A DNA stretch of 64,000 bases, taken from contig CM097888.1 in the NCBI GenBank assembly GCA_044892525.1, positions 90,644,001-90,708,000 of the forward strand, written 5' to 3'. Position 1 is the first letter of the stretch. Each line of letters starts with the position of its first letter. The position numbers and the translations under genes were made by a program. The stretch comes from Schmidtea polychroa (taxonomy: Eukaryota). Shown in pieces: positions 41,601-54,854 of the stretch. The notes beneath the pieces are model-generated. The model made no database searches, had not been told where the DNA came from, and worked only from the letters and a program-made list of their open reading frames with translations.

Positions 41601-42745
41601 CGACCATATCGTCTGGGCTCCAAGTATGATGCTTTTCCCTTTTTCGATCATATAGTCAATTTCAGCATTAGCAAACATCTTATTGATTATTATCACCTTC
41701 TCCAGTTCCAATATCTTCGCAACATCTCCTAGATGCGTGTCATAAAAACTCCTCGTGGCTACTTCCTCCATTTGGCATCATACTTGAAATCACCAGGGGG
41801 TATAGTCGTCGGCACCATGAAGAAAGGCAGTTTTTATTTTCAAATAAATTTATTAAATGAAATTATTCTTATTATTTACAAAAAATTTATTAAAGTCAAT
41901 CATAAATATCTATTAAATTCAATCATATAAAACTAATCCATAAATAACTTAACATACTTCGAGGTTTGAAAAACTGGAGTTAATCGGTTAACGCGAAGGT
42001 TTTCGTGAGTAAGTTTACTGAGCTTCTTCCTAAAATCGATTTGGTTGTTTTTGAAATTAGTCCTTCGTAGTAGTTCGTAAGTCAAGTTCTGTAATCGTGA
42101 AAATTAAAGTGGTTCCTGAATGTCGTCCTGTAGAGTTTGGTTAAAAGTGGTGGTGAACAAATTAACAAATTTTACCTGTAGAGTTTGGTTAAAAGTGGTA
42201 CTCTACTAATTTTTCGCGTTTCTTATATACTATTTTTCGTCCAATCAGGACTCAGTTAGGTTGTAATTTTTAATATTTATTATTATTTTATGTTTTTATT
42301 ATAATATATTAGCTTTTAATAACTTAACTTATTTGTTATTATTATTTTATTTATTTTCTTATTTTTCTTATTTTTCTCCTATTTTTTCTGCGGGTTCACT
42401 GCTACTTTATCGTAATACAATTTTTTGTTTTAATTAAACTTAAAGATATTTTTATTTTTTATTTATTGTTTTAATTTCTCGTTTATTTTCTCTCGCTTTT
42501 TTGCTTATTCTATTTCTACTTTATCTATTGTGCTTTAACTCATATCTCTTATGTCCTATTTCTAATTCTTAAGGGTTTTATTTATTTATTACTTATTCTT
42601 ATTTCTTTTTATGGGTATTTTATTGTTTCCTTATTTACTATTGAGGTTTGATGGTAATTTATTTTTTATTATATTTCGTTTATTTTTTTGAGGTTCGTTT
42701 CCCGATTCAGCCCAGTTTTTCTCTACTTCAAAATTTAGCCCAACA
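38612..42745 (-). mobile_element. Solo giant LTR (4134 bp) of a related family
   Basis: TGTTGG...CCAACA ends, AATA 4-bp TSD (38608-38611, 42746-42749), no PBS, and the same promoter/mini-intron/ORF/U5 layout as 16555-20399. Confidence 0.82.
39165..39923 (-). CDS. LTR-encoded 252-aa protein, paralog of 17089-17877
   Basis: Intact ORF with a conserved N-terminal ~100 aa, a basic arm and an IDEIFAE tail. Confidence 0.85.
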   Translation of the reverse strand: MTTPIQSGNALRPCLSCADKNADIAQLQLYIGALKKRIDLYEGTWFSPPQMKEERSKILRLEHCRDSLLEESRCQRLTIKAQSEALHKVYTEAELAKRVREFPVVDGTNVFPLHHQLSRPSATSCQGHSSHLPPVPAPILSGYLPMSGGSSDPILAPVLVASGNTPVVEANQPSRKRKRPTRAAKNQKRREAMAALEASLSAAKSTIQEISSTHTVPSKEVFRVVPAEGIKFVSDHRLPVDIDEIFAEGDVF

Positions 42746-43336
42746 AATAAATGAAAATATCATATTTATCTTTTAGATTTTTTTTAATTCAATAATTTTC
42801 ATATTAATATTTGTAAGACATTAATTCAAAATAATATAATATATAATGATTTATACACACAGCATTTTTCAAGGAAATACACACATGATAAAGGCTGTGT
42901 TGAAATATTGATTATTTTATGTATTGTTTTGATCAACTCTTACAAATATTAATATGGAAATTATAGAAATGAAACTATTTAGTGATAAAATATAAATTAA
43001 TTGTCATAATTAGTCTAAGTAAAGAGAAAATATTCTAACTCATTATGTAATATCAGTCTAGCAAATATGGTGTACAGCACGAATTCTGATGGCTTTATAC
43101 TTGCCATTTACTAGAAATATCTCAATTCGGTTCCTGCCAGATATATGGCTACTACACGCTTTGTGAGGCTTCAAGATGAAAAGGTAACAAAAAGGTAAAA
43201 CTAACACATTGACCAAAGTTAAACAAGAATTAATTGTATCATTAACAAAATTAATTAATAAAATGAATGGCCTTGTAATTTAGTTACTTAGAATAGTAAT
43301 TATTTCAAAACGTCATCATAATTTTCTGAAATTGAA

Positions 43337-43383
<47 letters not shown>

Positions 43384-43613
43384 TAATAATGATGATGTAA
43401 GTGTTGTTTCATCAAATAATCGTAAAAATATATGAGCTGTTAAAAAATATCAAGTTTTAGAAACGCGGTCAAAATAGTGTTTCCTTGATGTCTAATTTCT
43501 TTGTTAAACTTTTCGGATATAGAGATTTCATAGAAAGTTTACAAAACATAGACGAAAAATATAATTCCAGATGTACTATTAAATGTACCAAACACTTTTC
43601 TTAATGTCTTAAT

Positions 43614-43748
43614 GAATATTGGGCCGGGTAGGCCCACAGGAATATTGGGTCGGTAGGCCCTCAGGAATATTGGGCCGGGAAGGCCCACAGGAATATTGGG
43701 CCGGGAAGGCCCACAGGAATATTGGGGCGGGTAGGCCCACAGGAATAT
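43614..43748. repeat. ~26-bp minisatellite, 5 units, each with a GGGCC-N-GGCCC hairpin
   Basis: gaatattgggccgg(g)(t/a)aggcccacag repeated. Confidence 0.92.
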
Positions 43749-44264
43749 AGTTTGAAAAGATATAAAGATAAAAGAAAGTGAAAAAGAATTATCAAATATC
43801 AAAGCTGTTTTTATTTTCAAATTAAATTCTAATAAGTAATAAAAAATGCAATTCAATTAATAATATTTTATTTTTTTAATTCCTTTTGATGAAATATTCA
43901 GATGAAATTCTCCTCTCAACTCGCTACCAAACGGAAAATCCAGAATTTTATAAAAATAATTTCCTAAATCAACAATTCAATTTAGGCTATCAGAATTGCA
44001 TCTTAGAGAGATTAATTCATTATTAATAAAAAATTCCTCAGAAATCACAAAATCCGCAATAATTTCTTATTTGTTCGAATACCGGATCAAGAGTTCGTTA
44101 GGTAAATTTTGTGACTTTTTATTTGGTTTTTGATAAGTTCATAATTTTCCCTAATTTTAGCAACATATTTTTGGGTCCCATTCGACAGTAGGCAGGTAAT
44201 TATCTATAAATTATCCTCTTATCAATACGCCATTGACTATTCACAACTATCGAAAGATATATTG

Positions 44265-44622
44265 AAATCGCCATTCGTACATCTTTTTCACTCTATGTTT
44301 CGATAGCATCACAATCATCATCATCAGGATACCTACATTTACATCGGATTTAGTTATGTTAAATAATTAAAAAAAATAATTAAAATAATATTTTTTAAAT
44401 AATTTTTAAAAGTTTAAATATAATTGATTATTGAAAATTATTTTTAAAAAAATAATTGTTTAAAAATTTTTATTTATAATTTAAAATTTATAGATTTTAT
44501 AATTTATTTATATATTATCAATATAATATAGTTATTCATCCCTGGTGAATGTAGGTAACCTGATGATGATGATTGTGATGCTATCGAAATATATAGTGAA
44601 AAAGATGTACGAATGGCGATTT
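44265..44622. repeat. Foldback element with ~75-bp arms carrying degenerate hammerhead motifs
   Basis: 44265-44339 is the reverse complement of 44548-44622; the arms contain CCTGATGATGA...ATCGAAA.ATA..GTGAAAA. Confidence 0.75.
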
Positions 44623-44886
44623 TTATTAATAAAATCTTTACCGTGTTTATTTAAGATATATTGAAAATTTATTGATATTACAATTAAAATTGATTGGACA
44701 TTTAATATGCCGCATGATTGGTTTAAATTAAATTAATAAAATATAAAAATATATAAAAATTTATTGTAACAAATTTTTAAAATAAGATTTAAAAAACAAA
44801 AATATCACTGAGTTTGGTTTGTGATTTAGTTATTATTGTAATTTGTTTTGTTTTAATATTCAAATATATCAAATAATGATTACAAT

Positions 44887-45170
44887 ATGGCGTCAAGATA
44901 ACGAATATTGGATTTATCAAATCTAGAATCGGTAACTGTTTGGGTAATTCCACTCAAGACTCAGGCGCGCATAATACAAAGTCAGAGGTCACCTCGACTC
45001 GACAAGAAATGGGAGAAACTTTTATCCCAACTCGTTGAATTTCAGAATTAAAGAAAATTATATCAAATGTTTCTCAAACATCATTCAAGGAGAAAGTGAA
45101 GAGATCATCAAATATTAAGGACCTCACAGAAAGCTCATTCATTGCTAAGCGTACCAACTTATATAGGAAA
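44887..45170 (+). pseudogene. Possible degraded Gypsy Gag N-terminus
   Basis: Broken frame with LDLSNLESVTVW and DLTESSFIAKRTNLY, preceded by TACA-ATA-TGGCGTC (LTR-end/PBS-like). Confidence 0.35.
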
Positions 45171-48100
45171 AAATAAAAACTTAAAAAATGACTACAGAAT
45201 TTGTGGCTCGTCTATGACAATATGGTAAAGAAATGATTAAAATGTCAACGATTGCTGGTATGTATGAAAATATCTTCAAGGTCAATTATTAGAATAATCC
45301 TAATCCAATGAAATCACTACTCAATAATTGATTGAATTTCTCCACCAATTAGAACAAGTTTCAGCCTTGACCTCATTCAATAGCAATGATAATATATCGT
45401 TGGTTTACAAACAAAATTCACTAAGTACATTTTCCAAGATTTTGATTTTTTGTACTAAATTAAATCATTATAATGCCAACTTTATATGGGCAAAATCTTA
45501 TAAGTCGTAAATTGATATTGTTGAGGTTTTTAGGCGGACATTTATTGCACTAAGTCAATCGTGCTATTATAATACAATCAGAAATTCCTAAGTTGATTTT
45601 TGACTTAGTGATTTCTGCTTTTAAACCGACGATATATCAAATGAAATTCATCATATTCATTAGAAATTCGATGCATTCAATGAAACCGTTTAATATACCA
45701 CCTATACCAACTTGGTCTCAACATCTAAATCCAAATCATGGTCAAGGGCCAAGGTTGAATATTACATTACCACCGTGCAAATAAATACAATTATATTATT
45801 GATAAACATGATTATGTTGATATCTATTCTATTTCTGATCACATAATCAGTACAAATGTAGGAGAGATCTTAGTAATCTTAGATAAAAACGAGTTCAATG
45901 GTTAAATGCAAAAGCAACTACTATCCGTCATAGAGAAGATCATGATGAGGACTAACAAAATGAGTTACATTCCCAAGAAGAACCTATAAAAAAAAATATT
46001 GGGCTGGCTGCCCGTGGATTTATTAGCTGTGGCCGTTAAGTGAAAATTTGGTTTGGACTTATTTTTACTGAAACTCAACAGCAATTAAAAAACTTTGTTT
46101 TCTTTAGTTTTTTACATTTTCCCTTTTCTCCTGATTTTGCGCTTCTTGGTAAAAGGACATTCTGAACATATATGACCATTAACTTCTTGGGATACAAAAG
46201 TTGCTTTCCTTTAGTTGTAACTTTCGAAACTCATTTGAAGGTGTTTACGACGATGAGGCTGCCACCAAGCTACAGAAATTGCAGGTATGGATATTGGAAC
46301 GTTGACAATGCAAAACATTTCACCAGAAAAATTCACATAAATGAAGTTTTAAAGAATCCGAAAGGAAAAAAAATTAAAATAAATATAAATTTTATAATAG
46401 ATTTTTTTCATAAAAATTATTATTTGTTTTAATGCAATGAATTAAAATGTTATAATTTGTAACTAAAATGAATCGGGATTGTTTTGTTGAAATAAATGCT
46501 TTTTGTAAGAAATAATTAATATATTTTATCACTCATCTCTCGAGGGGTCCCCAATTTTCATTCCGTGCCGGCTTCCTTCATGGCCTCTACTATTTATAAT
46601 TATTAATGTCATTTAAATATCTAACTAAACTTGCATGATTCTAATATAAATAATTTTATTTGCTCCCAAACTAAATAGTTTCGTCAGTAAGCAAATGGCA
46701 ATTCTTCGACATTTTCAATAGTAAGAGTAAAAATGGGGAAATATTATTTGTTTGAATGACAAAAATTGATGCATTATTCCAGTTGAGTTCTCATTGACAA
46801 ATGATTCAATTGACTCTCTTCATCTAGGTAATGAATCAAATGATTGATGGTCTCAATAAATGGGTCGAGGGGGAGGGGAGGGAGGGAGGTTGACGCATCG
46901 CGTTCCTCACTGTGACATTTCTACTTACCAATCTTTCCATTAACTTTCCATTACATTTCTTACATAATGTCATTGTGACATTTCTGGAGCTTTGAAAGGT
47001 CTTAGGATAGAATCGCCTTCGTTACATAATATGCCATTAATATGCAAGAATAGCGTTAAAATTAGAAATATAAGAATTTTCTAAAGTAGCANNNNNNNNN
47101 NNNNNNNNNNNNNNNNNNNNNNNNNNNNNNNNNNNNNNNNNNNNNNNNNNNNNNNNNNNNNNNNNNNNNNNNNNNNNNNNNNNNNNNNNNNNNNNNNNNN
47201 NNNNNNNNNNNNNNNNNNNNAATAATAAATGTCAAAATTTAAAAATGAAATATATAAATGGTTGTATAGATAGTCAAATGAAAAATATGAAAATGATGTC
47301 ATTTCCCAATATCTCATTCAGGGAAAGAATAATTATATAAAATATTAGATTGGATTAACTCTATTGAAACTATTTCTCCATGGAAATGCGAATAATTTCC
47401 TTCATAATTGCAAATTCAAATGGGATAATTTTTATAAGGAAATTTAGTTTTTACCTATTTCAGTTTTGATAAAAATGTGAATTAGCCGCAATGGCTCTGT
47501 AAGGAGATTTCAATTGTTATATGGCGAGATAATCGTCAGGCACTGAAGCATTCCCAGATTGGCCTCAATGACATTCGAGACAGTTGTAAAATTTCCTTAA
47601 GAAATGAAATTTTCAAAATTGAATGCTAGATAATATTTGTAGCAATTAAATTTGTATATTTGACAATTGGATCTTCATTAACGTAGTTGCGGGCCTGAGA
47701 CCTTTCCCTGACCCATTCCAATCCTATCCGCTTTTATAGGATGACTGGATTTGTTTGGTGAATATAAAGGTAACCATAGGGTTTCATCTACCCTTATCAC
47801 CGGTTACGTTTTACTTGAAATAAAAAATATTAAGTGAAAAAAAAATCCAATAAGAGCGGAAGAGAGAAGGAGAAAGATTTGTTAAATTCTATATTGGAAT
47901 GAGCAGGACCNNNNNNNNNNNNNNNNNNNNNNNNNNNNNNNNNNNNNNNNNNNNNNNNNNNNNNNNNNNNNNNNNNNNNNNNNNNNNNNNNNNNNNNNNN
48001 NNNNNNNNNNNNNNNNNNNNNNNNNNNNNNNNNNNNNNNNNNNNNNNNNNNNNNNNNNNNNNNNNNNNNNNNNNNNNNNNNNNNNNNNNNNNNNNNNNNN

Positions 48101-51100
48101 NNCTGACAATATACAAAGAAATTAAAAAAATAAGAATAAATTAAAAAGTAATAATTAGAATAATATAGAAAAAAAATTTTAAAAAATAGGGTTTGAAAAT
48201 CAAAATTGACACATTTATTGAAATATTTAAATAGCATATATAAGTAGTTATTGGAGGCTTTATTTAAAATATTTTCAAATATTTTATTAGGCTTCTAGAA
48301 GCTAATTATAGAAGCTGTAAAAAATTTAAAAATTTTAGTTTGTGTCATTTTGAAATTTTAAATGTAAAAATTATAAAAAAATTTTAAAAGTTTTTAGTAA
48401 AACAATTCATTATATTTACAACCAATGAGAATTAAGAGAAAGGAAATAAAAGAAAGATTGAAGGGTATTTTGAAGAAGAACATTGCTAAATTCCAGGAGA
48501 TTGACAAGGACTATCGTATAGTCGAAAATTCTTTCATTAAATACATTATTTGCAGCAAAAGGCTTAAATTATCATTTTATTGTTTTAAATAATAAATGCT
48601 GCNNNNNNNNNNNNNNNNNNNNNNNNNNNNNNNNNNNNNNNNNNNNNNNNNNNNNNNNNNNNNNNNNNNNNNNNNNNNNNNNNNNNNNNNNNNNNNNNNN
48701 NNNNNNNNNNNNNNNNNNNNNNNNNNNNNNNNNNNNNNNNNNNNNNNNNNNNNNNNNNNNNNNNCTTTTTTTAAATTACATAATTGGAGAAAATTGTTAA
48801 TTTATAATAAAATAACCACTTCTTGATTTATGTCCAAAGGAAGCCATTAAAAGACATCAAAAGACAGGAAAGTATTCATTAGGGAGTCCGTCGATCACCG
48901 AGGAATAAAGATTCAACATTATTGCATATATAAGATTCTAATTGAGGATGAGATAAATATAGATAAGGGAAACATACATTTCTACTTCATATTTCAACAA
49001 AAGTTGAGATTTATGTGAAATCTAAGGGAAATGGAATTCATTCATCTGCTGGATATAGTAGCAGATTTGATCAACCCCCCCTGTCAATATTCTGTGACCC
49101 CTACAGTTATGTTTGCCTCAACATCATTAATTATTTCTATATGCCCGATATCCAGATTGAATTCAAAGAAAATATATAATGAAAATGTCATTGTAAGTTT
49201 TGTTTTCTATTGTAGAATGATAATTACAAATCATTCCGAGTTTTCATTCCGTATAAAAGTACCGAAATATATTCCGCAATTTCTTATTGAATTACTAAAT
49301 AATTTCTCGCCATTTAATTGCTCGGTTTAAACTGTTTAACTTTACTTTTCTCAGGTTTTTAGTTCTAGCGAGTTTTAAGATACCAAACGGGCGTAATAGG
49401 CATATTTGAAACACAAGAATACACTATTTATGTATCCAATTTGCTATAAGCAGGCAAATGTGCATAATACTCGAGACATATAGGTTATGCCGGATTTACC
49501 GATTAGCAGTGAGGTGCTTTCCTCCGGACTGCCAATGGCTAAATCCGAGCACGCATGCACACACATGTATGACACAAAGTGCATTATACACACATGCATG
49601 ACACACACTTGCAGCTTAGTGGCATGTTGTCAAAGTGCGGACAATTTATCAAAAACGAATATTAATTGTGGATCAAGTTTTTTTTTCAACTTTCATTCTC
49701 GATACTATCACTAAATGCCTTCTTTCTCCAGAAATAGTTTCCATTAGAAATACATAATCGAGCTCCAGCAGTTAGTTTCCTCCATTGGTTCGCCTCCATT
49801 ACGATGCTCTTAGTTCATATCACCATTTTCTTTCGATTTTTTTCTTTGAATAAATATAATCTGGTTCCTTGACCGGTTGCTTTTAATCCCAGAACTTCCA
49901 TATATGCTTTGAGCTGTCTCAGTTGAAAGGTTTCTACAGACTTGTGAAAGAGATGGGAAAGGTACGTGTTAATACTGATAGAATAAGGTCAAGAATTTCA
50001 GATTATATGATTGGTTAAAATATTAAAAAAAAGATTTCAATACAATTTTTCAACAAATCTAAAGAAAAATGTGAATTTTTTTTATTCTCATTTCTTCATT
50101 TTTATTATTGAGTAAAATGAAATTCTGTTGGAAGATTTTATCAAGACAATTAAGAAAGGAAGCAATCAAATTTTAGATTCCAAGGAAAATTGTTTCGAAA
50201 TCTAGCTGAAATTTTGCGTTGATAAATAAATAAATTTCAATCAAAATTTTTCTTTGGTCATTGGAAATAAATGAAAATTTGATAAATAATTTATTGTGAA
50301 TTTATTATAATATTCACTCTCTCATTTCCCCATTTCCCCATTTCACGAGACCCAAATATTTATTGGATTATTTTTTTATATTTTAAGCACTACCAACTGG
50401 CTGGTTTCGGGGTACCCTGAGTGTTATTGTAACTGATATTTACTAGATCTTTAAATCTGGAACCTTGAATATGTTGAGGACACCTAAATAGCAAATCATA
50501 TAATAAATAAACTTGTACGATCTATGGTGAATATTAATAAAGGTTTATCTTGTTCTGGATTGTTAATTTGGGAATTAATAAAACACGCTTTAGAGTCAGA
50601 ATGAAAATTTCAAATATTTCAAGGCTAGTTGTTTTAATTTATTGAGAATACCCATATACGCCTCAGAGGAATATTGCAGTCGAAATGATAACAAAGTAAC
50701 AGTCAGGTTAATAATTATTTATCATGCCAGCTTTAACCTGTGAAAAAATCAATTAATATACAAACAGAATTTATAAAAGCAGTTGTCATGAGAATGTTGA
50801 TTTACAACTTGGTTATACCCATATACACCAAACACCACTGAGATACGTTCTCTATAGTGGTGGTTGGCGTGTAAAGCTATTCACTCACCAATATTCATTA
50901 CAACTAGAGATCAGATTATTTTTTACTACAGATTTGTTATCGCATTGTTAGATTTTGTTTTTTCCTATACTTCTTGATAACCTTTTGTTGTATAACCCCT
51001 ATTCTTCTTATTATGAATAGTTATGAATATTCAAATTTATTTAAAATCGATATCGGGCATTATACAATTATACATATTTTTTGATTAATTTTTTTTTATC

Positions 51101-51711
51101 TTGGGTTTTTCCAACATTGTTTGAGCACATCCATTAAAAATGTGTTTAAATTACTTGCCAACCCTTACGGACGCTCATGTTTGTTAACCAATCTTAGATT
51201 AATTATTATAATAAATTAATTTCTTCATAGTGACTGTTTTTGTCGATCTTGGTTCACCTTTTCTTGTTTATAATAAATCATTTTATAAATTGATTTGCTA
51301 AAGATGTGGCGCAAAGTACACGCTGGAAATGCCTAGAGCTTTCCGTATTCGACTCAATGAACACATTAAATACAAAATCAGCAATTACTGTCAACAATGA
51401 GAAATAGAACATAAAATGGCCTCATACATTTACAAGACTAAATTCCAATGAAATTCCCTTACAAAGCTAGCGATAAAATTGCGATTTTTTCTTTTCATTT
51501 CAAGCCTCCGCAATTTCTGATGAATTATTATTTTAATTTTGATGATCTTGCATAGGGTACCTATTTGGATGAACTTAGCAACTGTTATTGCATGAAATTT
51601 CTATGAATAAATTTAATTTATTTTTCATTTTCAGATGTGTTAAAGCTTGGTCAGACCAAGTACTACATCTCACTCCCATTGTATGACCCCTCTAACACCA
51701 TATAGCCTATT

Positions 51712-53340
51712 ATGAATCAAACCTTAAATTCAGGATTAGTTGATTCACCAATGTCGTTTTTTGAAACCTCCGTTATTCTATTCTTTTCAATAATTTTGAG
51801 CATCGTAACTATTGGAGGAAATTTGTTAGTGTTGTGTTCCTTTTATTTGGAGCCTGGTTTGAGGGTCTCGTCCAATTACTTCATTGCTTCTTTGGCAGTT
51901 ACAGACTTATTAATTGGATTGTTTTCGATGAACCTTTATACCGTCTATATCGTTCTTAAATCGTGGCCACTAAGTCAACTCATGTGTGATTTGTGGCTGT
52001 CAATGGACTATACGGCCTGCCTGACCTCCCAATATACGGTATTCCTGATTACAGTTGACCGATTTTGCTCCATCAAGATGCCAATGCGATACAATAAATG
52101 GAGAAGTGATCGGATTATATTTTTCATGATATTTTTAACGTGGTTCATTCCGTCTGTTATGTTCTATTCAATTATAATGAGTTGGCCTTACGTTGTTGGC
52201 CGGCAAAGAGGTACAAATGAATGCTATGCAGAATTCTCAATTAAACCTGTCTTTATTACTATTCTTACAGTCTGTTACTTTTGGATAACTCTCGTCGTTA
52301 TGATCGGGCTTTACATTGGAATATATCAAGTTGCTCTGACTCTCCAAAGAAGATCTGACGCAAGAAAAGCAAAAGTTAATAAATATTTTCTTCTATCTTT
52401 GACAAATCGGCAAACGAATCAAATAATCAAAAATGAGAAAGAAATTGGGTCGGATTCGAGCAAGGATGATGAAATTGATACAAGTTCATGCAAAACTAAT
52501 GACTACGACTCGGAGAGTTTGAGGCATTCTCATTCAAGCTGCTTCATTTTATACTCGGGCCAACTTCCAAATATCGAATCCCCTCTTTTATGTGAAGATA
52601 ATCCCAAACACTCTAGAAACAATTCTCCAGTTTATCAGTGCAATAATTTCCTTAGCCGAACAATTTCATTCCAAACTCAGGTGAAGTATGGATCTGAGGA
52701 GATTCATCATCATTGTCATTGTAACATTCATCACAACAACTCGACCTTATTTTGTCTTCATCACAACAATTGTACCAAAATACCTGGTTACCAATTCATT
52801 GACGTGGAAAACCTCAAGTCTTCATTTAACATAAATTTAACGGACCTTGAAAATTCAGGAAAAACTCTAAAACTTTGCTCCTCACCGATTTGGAAGCAGC
52901 AGCATCCAGTGGAATCGAATTGCAAAAATGACACCAAATATCTCTCCAATGAAATAGATGATAAAGCAACCTCTTTTACTTTGAAGTCGCCATTGCAAAA
53001 GGTTGCGAAAAAGTTCTATGGAGCTCTGCAGAAAACGAAAGGGGTGCAAAGTACGATTACTCAAAATCGAAATCGTGCTAAAAAAGCTCTGAAAACGATC
53101 AGTTTTATTTTGGGAGCTTTTATAATTTGCTGGACCCCTTTTCATGTGGTCATCCTTATCAAGGCTGCTTGTGATGATCACTCTTTGAACCGTTCATGCA
53201 TGAATGAGCACATTTATCGTCTTGCTTATTGGTTGTGCTATATTAACAGTCCTATCAATCCATTTTGCTATGCTTTGGCAAACACTCAAATTAAAGAAGC
53301 ATTTTTTAGAATTCTTTCTTGTAAAAAGCACCAAAGATAA
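51712..53340 (+). CDS. Muscarinic acetylcholine receptor, invertebrate B-type/GAR-2-like (class A GPCR)
   Basis: 7 TM; SNYFIASLAVTDLLIG, CDLWLSMDYTACLTSQYTVFLITVDRF, long ICL3, CWTPFH, YWLCYINSPINPFCYAL. Splice acceptor at 51634 upstream. Confidence 0.92.
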   Translation: MNQTLNSGLVDSPMSFFETSVILFFSIILSIVTIGGNLLVLCSFYLEPGLRVSSNYFIASLAVTDLLIGLFSMNLYTVYIVLKSWPLSQLMCDLWLSMDYTACLTSQYTVFLITVDRFCSIKMPMRYNKWRSDRIIFFMIFLTWFIPSVMFYSIIMSWPYVVGRQRGTNECYAEFSIKPVFITILTVCYFWITLVVMIGLYIGIYQVALTLQRRSDARKAKVNKYFLLSLTNRQTNQIIKNEKEIGSDSSKDDEIDTSSCKTNDYDSESLRHSHSSCFILYSGQLPNIESPLLCEDNPKHSRNNSPVYQCNNFLSRTISFQTQVKYGSEEIHHHCHCNIHHNNSTLFCLHHNNCTKIPGYQFIDVENLKSSFNINLTDLENSGKTLKLCSSPIWKQQHPVESNCKNDTKYLSNEIDDKATSFTLKSPLQKVAKKFYGALQKTKGVQSTITQNRNRAKKALKTISFILGAFIICWTPFHVVILIKAACDDHSLNRSCMNEHIYRLAYWLCYINSPINPFCYALANTQIKEAFFRILSCKKHQR

Positions 53341-54007
53341 TTATAAAATAAAAAGTAACAAAGTTGTTTATTTGTGAATGGACCTTATTCTTTTACAGCC
53401 GTTTGTTTTCAATGATCATTGAATTTTTATGCAATGATGCCGTGGGAGCCTTGTAAATTGGAGGTCAACGAATTCCACATTAGAAAGGTTACACATTTCT
53501 CTATTTTTTATGTCTTTCCAGGAGAACTGGAAAGATTATCATTACAAACTCTTATCAATGTCTAGAGTAGAAATTCAAATCATTTTCCGTTATTTCTTCA
53601 TCACAGTCATGTAAACAGTGGGATGCACTTGATACACAGCCTTTTGATTCCCAATTTCTCATAAGAAAACGATACTGTTTCTTTGTAAGTGTTGGGTTGT
53701 ACTGAAGACAAAATCAAAGTCAGATCATAGGAAATTATAGAAACGATCTATTTCCAAGACGACACCATGATTAAGTAGACTAACCCCATGTATACTCATG
53801 GTGACAGACCATGTCTGTTCTGTATATAGTAGCTGGATGTGACCAGACAAGCGAGCTTCGTTACCAAAAGTACTCTTTACTTGATTCCCATTGGTGACAC
53901 TGGACAGCCGATAAAAGGTTTTATATCTATTGAAGAAAATACTATCGATGTGACCCTCGAATTATTTTACAAACCAATAAGTGCAGGAGACCATTTAGTC
54001 AACAACC

Positions 54008-54040
<33 letters not shown>

Positions 54041-54751
54041 CATTATTATCCAAGTTGAATTTGCTTAAGCATAGACCAGGAGATTGTTGAGATCAAAGAA
54101 AATCTCATTGTCAGAATGGGCGTTGAAGATGATATCCCCTATTGCAAACACCAGCTCAGCTTTAAGGGCGTGAACAGGTCGTTCCAAGGCAGCGGCTTCT
54201 TTGCATTATCTATTCTTACGATTTCTTTGAGATTGGCAAAGGTTTTTATTGGAGCGGAATATAAGGTGGGTTTTACGCTGTCGATGACTGACGAAGGAAA
54301 AGAGTGTGGTCGAGGATCGAGAGGGCCCGGTGTTTTGACGGTTGAAGCGACAATAGGTGAGGCCTCAGTTCCTGTCAGGGGGTGTACATGAATTACATTG
54401 ACTAGTTCGACCAATGGCAGGAGCGGCTTTTGGGGTAGTAACTCTGCTTGAGTTTGAACTTTACTTTATTTTTGAATTAAGCTCCTTTCACTCCGTTTTT
54501 AGTGATTAATCTATCATCACAACATTCCAGGCGCAGTACCTCCTTTTACATTTGAGGGTTAAGCTAAGAAACGTTCTGTTTCACTTGTTGCCAATTAAAT
54601 AAAGAAATATATTAACCACTTAAGGGTCCAAATTTTTATAATAAAATTTTTATCAAACCAGCAGTTACAAAAACATAAATCTCTGATAGAACGCTTGATC
54701 CAGATTCAAAATATTAAGGTTGGACCAATACCATCAGATGAGCACGTTTGC

Positions 54752-54854
54752 ATCAGTAAGGCTAGATCAGTAAGGCTGGATCAGTAAGGCTAGATCAGTA
54801 AGGCTGGATCAGTAAGGCTGGATCAGTAATGCTAGATCAGTAAGGCTGGATCAG
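54752..54854. repeat. 14-bp minisatellite atcagtaaggct(a/g)g, ~7.4 units
   Basis: Directly visible in the sequence. Confidence 0.95.

Noticed and set aside
47535-47595. Another hammerhead (CTGAAG...GAGACAGTTGT)
   Set aside because: The core has several mismatches and stems I and II are not convincing.
23987-48826. Poly-X ORFs in the track
   Set aside because: Artefacts of translating N gaps.
54116-54414. GC-richer 91-aa overlapping ORFs
   Set aside because: No motif, homology or splice context recognised.
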